Assembly: GCA_965221165.1 (NCBI GenBank)
Contig: CBDCRP010000003.1
Coordinates: 768,001-832,000 of the forward strand
Length of the DNA stretch: 64,000 bases
Direction: 5' to 3'
Source: a bacterium
GTDB taxonomy: Bacteria; UBA8248
Below are positions 9,783 to 19,742 of this stretch, piece by piece. Within the stretch, counting starts at the first letter, position 1, and each line of letters starts with the position of its first letter. The notes below the pieces were generated by a model that was not told the DNA's origin, made no database searches, and was given only the letters and a program-made list of their open reading frames with translations. The position numbers and the translations under genes were made by a program.

Positions 9783-12376
9783 TCCTCGCTCAACGCCTCC
9801 CGAATGGGTATTCTCGCCGCGGCTCTCGCCGGGAGCCAACTCGCGGCCAGAGAGGCGGCGACCACCACGAGAAGATAAACCGCCATGCCCTTCCAGGCGA
9901 AGATATACTGAATCGTCCAGCCGAAACTCAGCTTGTTGACGACGAAAATCAGGATGGCCGCCAGGGATACGCCGGACGCGAGGCCGACGAGCACGGAGAG
10001 AACGCCCAGAATGGCCGCCTCCCCCATGATGGTGGATACGATACCCTTTTGGTTTAAGCCCATGGCGCGCAGCGCGCCGATTTCATGCACGCGCTCCAGG
10101 ATGTTGGAACTCAAGCCCGTGGCCACGCCGAGCAGGGCCACCAGAACGGCGATGAACTCCAGCGCATACGTGATGGCGAACGTCTGGTCGAAGATGCTCA
10201 AGACGCGCTTTTTGAGACCTGCGTTCGAAATAAGCACCATGGTGGAATCCAGGGCGTTTTCGAGTGATTTGCGAACGTCTTCCGGCCGCGCGTTTTTTTC
10301 GAGATATATCGCCAAAGAACTCAAGCGATCATCGCCCCAATGTTTTTTCAGAAACTTACGATCCACCACGACGTAGCCGCCATCCGTGGTGTAATCATAA
10401 TAAACGCCCGCCACGCGAAGCGAAATCTCACCCTTATGCGCCGGGAGACGGACGACGTCTCCTTTTTTCACCCCGTAGAGGTTCGCGAAAGTTTCCGTCA
10501 CGATCGCCTCGCCGCGCATCCTCGCTCTGGTGAGCGTTTCTTTCGAGTCGCCCTCCAGGAAGAGCAACCGCCCCCTTTCGGCCACGATGCGGAAATCCCC
10601 CGCTGCCAGGGTGATGCTCCTCCCGCGCCAGGGCAGGCGTATGGCCCGGAAGCCATCGACCGCCGCAACGCCTGAAACGCCCCGGATGGTCTTGATCGCA
10701 TCTTCCGAGATGCTCGCCCGTGAGCCCTTGATGAAGCGCGATGCGGGTGCTGCGTAGAAATCCGCCTTGAGCGTCTGGTGCGTCCAGACTTCCACCGTGG
10801 CCCTGAAACTCTCAATCATGATGATGAGGCTTACCAGCATGGCCACGGCGATTGCCAGCGAGGAGAGCGTAACCCCGTTTCGGTGCGGGTGCCGTCCCAA
10901 ACCATGCGCGGCGAGCCGGCCGTTTACGCTCCCGCCCAGGAGCCGACGGACGACGAAGGAGCCGAACAAGACGACAGGCAAGCTTAAAAGCGCGGTGGCC
11001 AGAATGACCGCCGCCGCCGAGAGATAACCGGGCAGGGGAGTTCCCCTTGCCAGGGCCTGCAGATTCAGCCAGTAGGCGAGCAAGGCGATGAGCAGGGCGC
11101 TCCCAACCAAGGCGGCGATGGCCGCAGGCCGCACCTCTACTTTTCCGCGTCCCTCCACGACGCCCTGGCGCGGAGTCTGGCGCGACGCCGCAATCGCCGG
11201 GAAAAGACCGGAAACGAGAGATACCCCGATTCCCACGCCAAAGCCTGTGAGAAGCGCCTCGGCTCCCATGAGAACATGGCGCACTTCCAAGAATGCGTAC
11301 AGGTTCCTGATCGTCTGGGAGATGAACGAAAGCGCGCCCTGGGCCATGAACACCCCCATCGCAACGCCCAGACACGAACCCGCCGCGCCGATGCAAAGCG
11401 CCTCCGCACCGTAGAGGAAAATAATCGCCTTGGCCGTCATCCCCAGCGAGCGCAGGGTGGCGATTTCGCCCCTGCGCCGCAGGACGGAAGCCGACATCGT
11501 GTTGTAGATCAGGAAACAACCCACCAGCAGCGCGATGACGCTCAAAACCGTGAGATTGAGCTGGAACGACGCCAGCATTTTCTCCACGTCGCCTCCGCGC
11601 CGCGCAGGCCGCGCGGCCACGGCGCCGGGCGGCAGCAGGTTTTGAATTTTTTGGCGAACCGATTCGATCGCGCCTTCATCTTCCAAAATCAGACCGATCC
11701 GGTCCAGACGGCCGAAACGCTCAAAAACCTCCTGCGCGACGCCGATGTCCATAATAATAAGGCGGCCGTCCATGGATTTCGCCATGCCCTCCGGCTTCAA
11801 GACGCCCCGTACGCGAAAGCGCATTCTCCGCACGGCTTCGAGTTCGACGAAATCACCCGCCCCGACGCCCAGCGCATCGGCTACGCCCCGGGCGATGAAC
11901 AAGCCCTGCGGATCGGCGATGCGTGAGAGTATTTCTTCGCGCGCGTGTTTTTCTTCCAACGCATAGCCCCTGAAATCGTTATCCCCCAGCAAGTCGAGCC
12001 CCAGAACCAGAACCGCGCGTCCTTGCGAAGGCGCGCCGCGCCGCCACCTGGCGCCTGATCCGCCCGCTCTCCTCACCCAAACGTGCTGCTGTATGACGGG
12101 CGCCGCTCTCTTCACTTCCGCCATCGCCCGGAGCCGTAAAATGAGATTCTCATCCACGCCCAGCCCGCCCCCGGAAACTTCCAGTTGCGTCTTGCCGGAA
12201 ATGGCCACCAAACTGTTTTGAAACGCCTGGGTGGCAGCCCCGTTCGCCAGCTTGATGGCGATGAACACGGCCACGCCCAAAGCCACACCCAACAGGGTGA
12301 GCAACAGGCGAAAAGGCTCTTCTTTCAGACGCCGCCAGGCGAGAAGTCGCAAAAGAGCGCCTAAGGTACTCATCAT
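9779..12376 (-). CDS. FtsX/MacB-type ABC transporter permease (AttFG-like, duplicated)
   Basis: Two MacB-periplasmic plus FtsX halves (EIATLRSLG, EIGALRAMG); stop overlaps the next start. Confidence 0.9.
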   Translation of the reverse strand: MMSTLGALLRLLAWRRLKEEPFRLLLTLLGVALGVAVFIAIKLANGAATQAFQNSLVAISGKTQLEVSGGGLGVDENLILRLRAMAEVKRAAPVIQQHVWVRRAGGSGARWRRGAPSQGRAVLVLGLDLLGDNDFRGYALEEKHAREEILSRIADPQGLFIARGVADALGVGAGDFVELEAVRRMRFRVRGVLKPEGMAKSMDGRLIIMDIGVAQEVFERFGRLDRIGLILEDEGAIESVRQKIQNLLPPGAVAARPARRGGDVEKMLASFQLNLTVLSVIALLVGCFLIYNTMSASVLRRRGEIATLRSLGMTAKAIIFLYGAEALCIGAAGSCLGVAMGVFMAQGALSFISQTIRNLYAFLEVRHVLMGAEALLTGFGVGIGVSLVSGLFPAIAASRQTPRQGVVEGRGKVEVRPAAIAALVGSALLIALLAYWLNLQALARGTPLPGYLSAAAVILATALLSLPVVLFGSFVVRRLLGGSVNGRLAAHGLGRHPHRNGVTLSSLAIAVAMLVSLIIMIESFRATVEVWTHQTLKADFYAAPASRFIKGSRASISEDAIKTIRGVSGVAAVDGFRAIRLPWRGRSITLAAGDFRIVAERGRLLFLEGDSKETLTRARMRGEAIVTETFANLYGVKKGDVVRLPAHKGEISLRVAGVYYDYTTDGGYVVVDRKFLKKHWGDDRLSSLAIYLEKNARPEDVRKSLENALDSTMVLISNAGLKKRVLSIFDQTFAITYALEFIAVLVALLGVATGLSSNILERVHEIGALRAMGLNQKGIVSTIMGEAAILGVLSVLVGLASGVSLAAILIFVVNKLSFGWTIQYIFAWKGMAVYLLVVVAASLAASWLPARAAARIPIREALSEE

Positions 12377-13056
12377 CCCGTCGTCCCCAGGCGTCCATCG
12401 GTTATCCCGACCCCTCGGGTGGCGTAGCGCAAGGGCATCTTGTCGTGCGTCGCCATGACGATAGTAAAGCCATCTTCCCGGTGGAGTTCCGAGATGAGTT
12501 CCAGGACGTTCTGTGAGTTCTCGGTATCGAGATTTCCCGTCGGCTCATCGGCGAGGATGAGGCGGGGCTTGTGGATGATGGCGCGCGCGACGGCCACCCT
12601 TTGCATCTCACCGCCCGAGAGTTGCCTCGGGAAGCTGCGCATCCGGTTCGTAAGCCCTACGCGCGCCAGGGCGCTTTCGACCATTTCTTTGGCTTGCCCT
12701 CGTTTTTTGCCTTGGAGCACGAGAGGAAGAGCCACGTTTTCATACGCGGTCATCGTCGGCATGAGATGAAAAAACTGATGGATGAACCCCACGTCTTTCA
12801 GGCGGATTTCGCTCAACCCCTCATCGTCCAGGCGCGATATTTCCCGCCCGTCGAAAAATATCTCGCCGCTCGAGGGGGCGTCGACCGCGCCCATCAGGTG
12901 CAGAAACGTGCTCTTGCCGGAACCGCTCGGGCCTGAAACCGTGATAAACTCGCCTGGCTCCGCCCGGAAGCTGACGTCGCTGAGCGCGTGGACGAGCGTA
13001 CCGCCCGCGACATAGCTCTTGCACACTCGCTTCATTTCGACCAAAGGATGGGGCAT
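12373..13056 (-). CDS. ABC transporter ATP-binding protein (LolD/MacB-like)
   Basis: GPSGSGKST, LSGGEMQRVAVARA, ILADEPTGNLD; GGAGA RBS before ATG at 13056. Confidence 0.93.
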   Translation of the reverse strand: MPHPLVEMKRVCKSYVAGGTLVHALSDVSFRAEPGEFITVSGPSGSGKSTFLHLMGAVDAPSSGEIFFDGREISRLDDEGLSEIRLKDVGFIHQFFHLMPTMTAYENVALPLVLQGKKRGQAKEMVESALARVGLTNRMRSFPRQLSGGEMQRVAVARAIIHKPRLILADEPTGNLDTENSQNVLELISELHREDGFTIVMATHDKMPLRYATRGVGITDGRLGTTG

Positions 13057-13102
13057 ATCGTTTCTCCAGAGGCGAACCCAAGAAAATGAAGGAGCCTTCA
13101 TC

Positions 13103-13501
13103 TTGTTCGAATCGCTGCCCGCAATCTTTCTCATCACCAAAGACTATGAGGCGTCCTGTCGTTTTTATACCGAAACGCTGGGGCTGAAAGAAGCGAGCAG
13201 GACGAAAGACCACGTGCGCTATGAACTGGGAGGCGTCTCGCTCATCATTCACGCGCCGATTCCGGATGAGGAGATGCGGAAATGGAACCTCGAACCCCTC
13301 CGGGAACCCAGAGGCTCGGGCGTCGTCGTCACGCTCACGCCCGAGGATGTGGATCGCGCCTATGACGCGCTCACCGAAAAGGGAGCGGAGGTCGTGTTCC
13401 CGCCCCGCAACGCCCCGTGGGGCGTGCGCATGTTTATGCTCAAGGACCCGAACGGGTTTTTGATCGAGGTCAGCAAGCCCCTGCCGGCCGACTCAGGATA
13501 G
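13103..13501 (+). CDS. VOC / glyoxalase-bleomycin resistance family protein
   Basis: FYTETLGL, PWGVRMFMLKDPNGFLIE; AAGGAG upstream of TTG at 13103. Confidence 0.85.
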   Translation: MFESLPAIFLITKDYEASCRFYTETLGLKEASRTKDHVRYELGGVSLIIHAPIPDEEMRKWNLEPLREPRGSGVVVTLTPEDVDRAYDALTEKGAEVVFPPRNAPWGVRMFMLKDPNGFLIEVSKPLPADSG

Positions 13502-14362
13502 GCCTTCGAACACCGACCGCTCGTTCTTCCGCACCTCTATCTGCGAGTGGGCGCAAACGAAGGATTCCTCGTTGTAGAGCCAGCGCCCCGTCATGCGGAC
13601 GAACCACCAGAAGAAATTTCCGTTTATTTGGCTCTTGTGCGCGATGAGCGCGCGCCATTTGCGGCGAAGGTGCCTGCTGATGTTCACGCGGGTGGTGATG
13701 AGCTCATCCGGCGTCCCGTATTTATCTTCTCTGAAATCCGGATCATCGAGCGGCGTTTTTTGACCGAGAAACCTCATCCAGCGCCAGGCGCGCAGCATTT
13801 TAGAGCGCGCCCACGCCGTGTGGTAGAACTTGGGGACCCGCCAGGCCTCTCGCCCGGCCTCGGGGAATCGAGCGGGGTCTGCGGCGGCCTCTATCGCCTC
13901 CGTCGTGACCTTGTTGGCCATCACGTGATCGGGGTGGCCGTATCCGCCCTGCTCGTTGTAGGTGACGACCACGTCCGGGCGATAGCGGCGTATGTAGCCC
14001 ACTATCTTGCCGACGACTTCTTGCTTATCGGCGTTCTTGAACGCCTCGGGATGCCCGTTGCCCTCCCAGCCGTCCATTCCCGAATCGCGATAGCCCAGGG
14101 TGTGGGCGCATGAGACGTTCAAAATCCGCGCAGCCCGCTCGAGTTCTTCGATTCTGATTTCGCCGAGCCTGTTCCTGTCCGTCTCCGAATCGGGGTCCAA
14201 ATTCATGTCCAGATGCTTCATCTCGCCCATCTCGCCGTTGGTGCAGGTGATGAGCACGACGCGGTGGCCTTCGCGCGCGCTCTTGAGAATCAGGCCGCCC
14301 GTGCTGCTGCACTCATCATCGGGGTGCGCATGAACGATAAGAAGGGTGAAGGTTTTGGACAT
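13493..14362 (-). CDS. PIG-L family deacetylase (MshB/Mca-like)
   Basis: VHAHPDDE, TCTNGEMGE, YRDSGM, GGYGHPDH, AHKSQ. Confidence 0.9.
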   Translation of the reverse strand: MSKTFTLLIVHAHPDDECSSTGGLILKSAREGHRVVLITCTNGEMGEMKHLDMNLDPDSETDRNRLGEIRIEELERAARILNVSCAHTLGYRDSGMDGWEGNGHPEAFKNADKQEVVGKIVGYIRRYRPDVVVTYNEQGGYGHPDHVMANKVTTEAIEAAADPARFPEAGREAWRVPKFYHTAWARSKMLRAWRWMRFLGQKTPLDDPDFREDKYGTPDELITTRVNISRHLRRKWRALIAHKSQINGNFFWWFVRMTGRWLYNEESFVCAHSQIEVRKNERSVFEGLS

Positions 14363-14386
14363 GGGTTCCAAGCGTTTGAAAACGCG

Positions 14387-14417
14387 AAAAAAGGCCGCCG
14401 GACGAACCCCGGCGGCC
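14387..14417 (-). terminator. Intrinsic terminator after the oxoacid:Fd oxidoreductase beta gene
   Basis: GGCCGCCGG-N7-CCGGCGGCC stem with a T6 tail on the minus strand. Confidence 0.8.
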
Positions 14418-14434
14418 CTTTGGAGGCGACAATA

Positions 14435-15457
14435 CTAGTGGTGCTCCCAGGTATCTCCCGAATTCAAGAGCGCGTCGATATCGCCCTCGCCTTTCGCCTG
14501 GGCCGCGGCGACTTGCTCGCCCATCAATCCCTCGAAGGGCGGACGCTCCACTTTTCTCAGAACGCCCAGGGGCACGGGGCCGCCCTCGAGTTCGACCCGG
14601 CTCAGGATATGGGCGTAGCCGCCCGCCTCATCATCCACGCGGTGGACGGTGACGTCGGGAGAATCGGCCTCGACCAGCCGGACCTTGTAATCGCTCAGGG
14701 AAATTCCCTTGCGGTCGTCCGCCGGGCCATACACGAGGGGCTGGCCGTCTTCTAAATAAACCACGTTTTGTTCCTTGAGGCCTTTTTCGGTGTACTTGTG
14801 CCACGCGCCGTCGTTGAACACGATGCAGTTCTGCAGCACCTCGAGCAGAGAGGTTCCCTCGTGGTTCGCCATCTCCTCGAACATCGCAGCCATGTGCCTC
14901 TGATCCCTGTCCGAGGTGCGGGCGACGAAGCTGCACTCCGCCCCCAGGGCCAGCGTCAGCGGGTGAAGCGGATAGTCTACCGAGCCGATGGGCGTGGACT
15001 TCGTGCGCGAGCCCAGAAGCGAGGTGGGCGAATACTGGCCTTTGGTCAACCCGTATACGCGGTTGTTGAAAAGAATGATCTTGACGCCCACGTTGCGGCG
15101 CATGGAGTGAATCAGGTGGTTCCCGCCGATGCTCAGGGCATCGCCGTCGCCGCTGATGACCCAGACGGAGAGGTCCGGATTGCTCACCTTCACGCCCGTG
15201 GCGAATGCCGGCGCCCGCCCGTGAATGGTGTGGAAGCCGAACGTGTCCATATAATACGGAAAGCGCGCCGCACAGCCGATGCCGGAGACGAAAACGAATT
15301 TCTCGCGCGGAATATCGAGGTTCGGCAACACCTTCTGCATCTGGGCGAGAATCGCGTAGTCTCCGCAACCCGGGCACCAGCGCACGACTTGGTCGGACTG
15401 AAAATCCTTGCGGGTGAGGCCCAATCCACCCCCGTTCTTGGCTGTCGTCGTAGCCAT
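14435..15457 (-). CDS. korB: 2-oxoacid:ferredoxin oxidoreductase beta subunit
   Basis: WCPGCGD, SGIGC, TPP motif GDGD...NN, YGLTKGQYSPT. Confidence 0.92.
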   Translation of the reverse strand: MATTTAKNGGGLGLTRKDFQSDQVVRWCPGCGDYAILAQMQKVLPNLDIPREKFVFVSGIGCAARFPYYMDTFGFHTIHGRAPAFATGVKVSNPDLSVWVISGDGDALSIGGNHLIHSMRRNVGVKIILFNNRVYGLTKGQYSPTSLLGSRTKSTPIGSVDYPLHPLTLALGAECSFVARTSDRDQRHMAAMFEEMANHEGTSLLEVLQNCIVFNDGAWHKYTEKGLKEQNVVYLEDGQPLVYGPADDRKGISLSDYKVRLVEADSPDVTVHRVDDEAGGYAHILSRVELEGGPVPLGVLRKVERPPFEGLMGEQVAAAQAKGEGDIDALLNSGDTWEHH

Positions 15458-17314
15458 TTAGAGTAACTCCTCAATCTTGGTAATCAGTTCGCCGACCTTG
15501 AAGGGCTTTCCCTGTATTTTGTTGAAGCTGATCGTATCGACGAGATACTGGTAGCGGAGCATTTTGGAGAGTTGCCCGAGGTTCAACTCGGGGACGAGAA
15601 TTTTTTCAAAACCGCTCATCACTTCTTCGAGGTTCGCCGGGAAGGGGTTGAGGTGCCGGAGATGAACCTGGGATACCGAGGCGCCGCGGGCTTGAAGAGC
15701 CTCGATTGCCGCCGTGATGGCGCCGAAGGTTCCGCCCCAGCCGATGACGAGAACCTTGCCGCTCTCCTCGCCGATGACCTCTACGGGCGGGATGTCCTTT
15801 GCGATGCCCGCAATTTTCGCGTCGCGCGTGCGCACCATGAACTCGTGGTTCTCGGGCTCGTAGTTGACGTTGCCGGTCCCGTCCTCTTTCTCGATTCCGC
15901 CGATTCTGTGCTCGAGCCCCGGGGTTCCGGGAATCGCCCACGGACGGGCCAGCGTTTCCGGGTCCCGAAGATAGGGCAGGAACCCTTCCGGGTCCGTTCG
16001 GAAGGCCACCGGCATTTCGGGAATGTCGGAGGCCTTGGGCAGGAGCCAGGGTTCCGAGCCGTTGGCCAGATAACCGTCGCTCAAAACCACCACGGGCGTC
16101 ATGTATTTCACCGCCAGGCGGCACGCTTCTATCGCCGTCCAGAAGCAATCCCCCGGCGTGGCCGCCGCCACGACCGGCAGCGGGCTTTCGCTGTTGCGCC
16201 CGAACATCACCTGGAGAAGGTCGGCCTGCTCGGTCTTCGTGGGAAGGCCCGTGCTCGGGCCGCCCCGCTGGATGTTGGCGATGACCATGGGGAGTTCCGT
16301 CATCACGCCCAGGCCCATGGCTTCGGCCTTTAAGGCGATGCCGGGACCGCTCGAGCAACTCACGCCGAGCGAGCCGGTGAAGGAGGCGCCCAGAGCGGCG
16401 GAGACGGCCGCGATTTCATCTTCCGCCTGGAAGGTCTGCACGCCGAAATTCTTGTGCCGGGAGAGTTCGTGGAGAACGTCGCTGGCCGGCGTAATCGGAT
16501 AGGCGCCCCAGAAAAGGTTGATCCCCATCTTCTTCGTCGCCGCGATGAAGCCGAAGGCCAGGGCGACGTTGCCCGAGATGTTCCTGTATTTGCCGGGCGG
16601 ATACGTCGCCTCGCGCACGATGTAGTTGCTGGTGAAGACCTCGGTGTTCTCACCGAAGAAATAGCCCGCCTCGAGCGCGCGCGTGTTGGCTTGCACGAAC
16701 TCGGGGCGTTTTCCGAATTTCTCCTCGATCCACTGCTTCGTCGGTTCGAGCGGGCGCGAGTACATCCAGTACATGAGGCCCAGCGCGAAGAAGTTCTTGC
16801 ACCGATCCGCCAGGTTGGACTGAAGCTCCATGTCGTCGAGCGCCTGGCGCGTCATGGAGGTAATCTTCACCTCGTGGACATCATAGTTGTTCTTGAACTC
16901 CTCATCCTCGAGGGGGTTGGACGCATAGCCCGCCTTGTCCAGATTCTTCGGGCCGAAGTTATCCACGTTGGCGATAATGATTCCACCGCTCTTCAAATCG
17001 ATGAGACTCGTCTTGAGCGCAGCGGGGTTCATCGCCACCAGAACGTCCACGGCGTCGCCCGGAGTGTGAATGTCCTTGCTCGAGAAATTGATCTGGAACC
17101 CGCTCACTCCGGCGAGAGTCCCGACAGGCGCGCGAATCTCGGCGGGAAAATCGGGAAACGTGCTCAGATCGTTCCCGGCAATGGCGGCCGCGTTCGTAAA
17201 CCTGTCTCCCGTGAGCTGCATTCCGTCGCCGGAGTCGCCGGCGAAGCGAATCGCCACAGTTTCGAGTTCAACCAGCTGCTTCTCAGCCCCGTTTTTACCT
17301 GAAGACTCAGCCAT
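15458..17314 (-). CDS. korA: 2-oxoacid:ferredoxin oxidoreductase alpha subunit (gamma-alpha fusion)
   Basis: AGDSGDGMQ, YPITPAS, QAEDEIAA, QRGGPSTGLPTKTEQ. Confidence 0.92.
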   Translation of the reverse strand: MAESSGKNGAEKQLVELETVAIRFAGDSGDGMQLTGDRFTNAAAIAGNDLSTFPDFPAEIRAPVGTLAGVSGFQINFSSKDIHTPGDAVDVLVAMNPAALKTSLIDLKSGGIIIANVDNFGPKNLDKAGYASNPLEDEEFKNNYDVHEVKITSMTRQALDDMELQSNLADRCKNFFALGLMYWMYSRPLEPTKQWIEEKFGKRPEFVQANTRALEAGYFFGENTEVFTSNYIVREATYPPGKYRNISGNVALAFGFIAATKKMGINLFWGAYPITPASDVLHELSRHKNFGVQTFQAEDEIAAVSAALGASFTGSLGVSCSSGPGIALKAEAMGLGVMTELPMVIANIQRGGPSTGLPTKTEQADLLQVMFGRNSESPLPVVAAATPGDCFWTAIEACRLAVKYMTPVVVLSDGYLANGSEPWLLPKASDIPEMPVAFRTDPEGFLPYLRDPETLARPWAIPGTPGLEHRIGGIEKEDGTGNVNYEPENHEFMVRTRDAKIAGIAKDIPPVEVIGEESGKVLVIGWGGTFGAITAAIEALQARGASVSQVHLRHLNPFPANLEEVMSGFEKILVPELNLGQLSKMLRYQYLVDTISFNKIQGKPFKVGELITKIEELL

Positions 17315-17532
17315 CGTTTTTGATGTCCTTTAATTGGATTGACTTGGTATAGGAAAATACGTGGAAGGTTTTATTCACTGGTGGATACCATAAGTCCTGC
17401 ATATTTTTTTGAGCCTGCCCATTGCGAGTCCGAGTGGCGATTCATCGACCAACCAGCCGAGCGCAAATTATGCTTAAATCGATCAAGGCCGTCAACGCAA
17501 AATCAAGGTTTTTTTCAAAAAAAACAAATACA

Positions 17533-18108
17533 TCAACGAGCGCGCGAGCCATCGAGGCCCAAATCCGCGGCGGCCCCCTGCATGGCTTCCAGCGTGAAGG
17601 CGATATGCTCCTCTAAAGGCACCCCCAGTTCGGAGGCTCCCGTCTCCACGTCCTCGCGATTGACGCCCTTGGCGAAATTCTTGTCCTTCCACTTTTTCCG
17701 GATGCTTCTCGGTTTCACCTGGCGGATGTCTTTCGCCGGATTCACCAGGGCGACGGCGGTGATGAGGCCCACCAGCTCGTCCACGGCGAAAAGCGCTTGA
17801 GCCAGGCGCGTTTCCCTCGGAACGCCCAGATACTGGGCATGTCCCAGTATGGCCTGTATCATCTCGTCGGGATAGCCCGCCTCCCGCAGGGCCGCGCAAC
17901 CGGTTTCGGGATGCTCTGCGGGCGAGGGATGCTTTTCGTAATCCATGTCGTGCAGCAGACCGGTGACTCCCCAAAGCGCCTCGTCTTCTCCGAATTTCTT
18001 CGCGTAGGCGCGCAGGGCGGCTTCCACCGCCCGGGCGTGCGCTCTCAAACCGGGACTTTCGGTCCACTCGAATAAAAGCGCCTCGGCGCTCGGGCGATCC
18101 AGGTCCAC
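17533..18108 (-). CDS. HD-domain (HDIG-type) phosphohydrolase
   Basis: H..AVE, GLLHDMDYE, LFAVDEL, FAKGVNR; AAGGAG then GTG start. Confidence 0.88.
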   Translation of the reverse strand: MDLDRPSAEALLFEWTESPGLRAHARAVEAALRAYAKKFGEDEALWGVTGLLHDMDYEKHPSPAEHPETGCAALREAGYPDEMIQAILGHAQYLGVPRETRLAQALFAVDELVGLITAVALVNPAKDIRQVKPRSIRKKWKDKNFAKGVNREDVETGASELGVPLEEHIAFTLEAMQGAAADLGLDGSRAR

Positions 18109-18305
18109 GCTCGACTCCTTCTCCTCACGATGACGAAATGAATAAAGAACCAACCGCTCTCGCTGTTATTAAACCTTGCGCTTCGGAGCGTTTCTGTCAA
18201 GGCGCATCGCCTCGCCCGAAACGCTTTGGTTGTGGTACATATTCCGCAAAAGATATTTTCCGATGAAATTTCGTGTACCCCAAGAGTTTTTTCAGGGAGA
18301 AAAAC

Positions 18306-19538
18306 ATGCTCTACAACAGGGAACGCGCGCTGGAACTGATGAGAGAACACGACGTCGTGGCCATGATAGGCACCACGCTCGAGAACGTCACCTATCTGAC
18401 GGGCCACATCGGCTGGGCGCAGCGCGTCTACCGGGCGCGGAAAAGCTATTCCCTGCTCACCAGCAACCCCGACGCCGGCGCCGACCTCATCATGAACCGC
18501 GCGGACAACACCTACTACGCCGCGTATGGCGGACACGCGGAGAACGTCTACGTCTGGGGAGGACAGGCGAACCACATCGAGCCGGAAGGGTATGAGCCGC
18601 ACGACGATGAAATGAGGCGCTACCGGGAGCTCCATGCAAGCGGAGGCAAGCACGCGACCCTTTTCGACGGGCTCCTCGCCGCACTCAGGGACCGGGGGAT
18701 CACTTCCGGCCGAGTCGCCCTGGACGAGGAAGGCTGTCCGGACAGCCTGTTCGCCACATTGCAGGAGAAACTCCCCGATTGCGAATTCATCCCGGGCTCG
18801 GGCCTGTTCCTGATGACGCGCCTCGTCAAGACGGCGGATGAACTCGACCGCCTGCGCGAGGCCGCCCGGGTGAACGAAGACGCCATTTCCGAAGTATTCG
18901 GCTTCGTGCGCGAGGGCGTGAGCGAGCGCGAGGTGGCCGAGGTCTGGCGTCAGGCGGTGGCCCGGCCCGGCGGCATGTGGCACTGGTTTCACTTCAACAG
19001 CGGCCCGAGGGGCGTCTTCATCTTTCCGCCCACGGAGAGAAAGCTGCAAAAAGGCGACGGCTTCATGTTCGACGCGGGGCTTTTTCACAAAAACTACAAC
19101 GCCGACACGGGAAGCTGCGGCTCCATCGGCGAGCCGAGCGCGCGAATGCAGCGCGAATGGAAGGGGGTCGACGAGGGATTCCACGAATGCCTGGAGGTCA
19201 TAAAGGCCGGCTGCACGGGAAACCAGATATACCAGGCCCTGGTAAAGGGAATCCAGTCGCGCTTTCCCGAGTTCGACGCCCCGTTCGCCGGCCACACGAT
19301 TGGTCTCGAAGCGAGAGAGTTCCCGTTCATCCTGGGTCCTGAATCGAAGCACGACCAGCCTTTCTACCCGGACACTTCCGAGATTCCTTTCCCCGTCGAT
19401 TCGGTGATCAACGTCGAAGCGCCCATCGGCACGTTCGGCTTCGGGGGATACCAGATCGAATACTCGGTCGTCGTGAAGGAAAACGGCTGGGAGATGCTCA
19501 TCCCCCAAGACAGGAGTTTCCGGGTCATCGACGCGTGA
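18306..19538 (+). CDS. M24 (Xaa-Pro peptidase/creatinase) family hydrolase
   Basis: ENVTYLTG, RLVKTADE, D..Y.AD, GHTIGL, NVE and IE motifs. Confidence 0.88.
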   Translation: MLYNRERALELMREHDVVAMIGTTLENVTYLTGHIGWAQRVYRARKSYSLLTSNPDAGADLIMNRADNTYYAAYGGHAENVYVWGGQANHIEPEGYEPHDDEMRRYRELHASGGKHATLFDGLLAALRDRGITSGRVALDEEGCPDSLFATLQEKLPDCEFIPGSGLFLMTRLVKTADELDRLREAARVNEDAISEVFGFVREGVSEREVAEVWRQAVARPGGMWHWFHFNSGPRGVFIFPPTERKLQKGDGFMFDAGLFHKNYNADTGSCGSIGEPSARMQREWKGVDEGFHECLEVIKAGCTGNQIYQALVKGIQSRFPEFDAPFAGHTIGLEAREFPFILGPESKHDQPFYPDTSEIPFPVDSVINVEAPIGTFGFGGYQIEYSVVVKENGWEMLIPQDRSFRVIDA

Positions 19539-19742
19539 TTTTATACTGGAGGCTCAATGCACGACTGCGAGCCTGGGGGCGATTTGCACGCAGAGAGAGG
19601 AGCGTTTTCGCCCCAAGAACCTGCGAACACACGAGGATGCCGAGCCAATGTAGCTAGAACGTCATCGGTTCAGTGAAAGTAAAAAAGAGTTGCGCCGAGA
19701 CCTATCTAGCCATTGCGCAGGCATGTGAGTCAGGTAGCAAAT

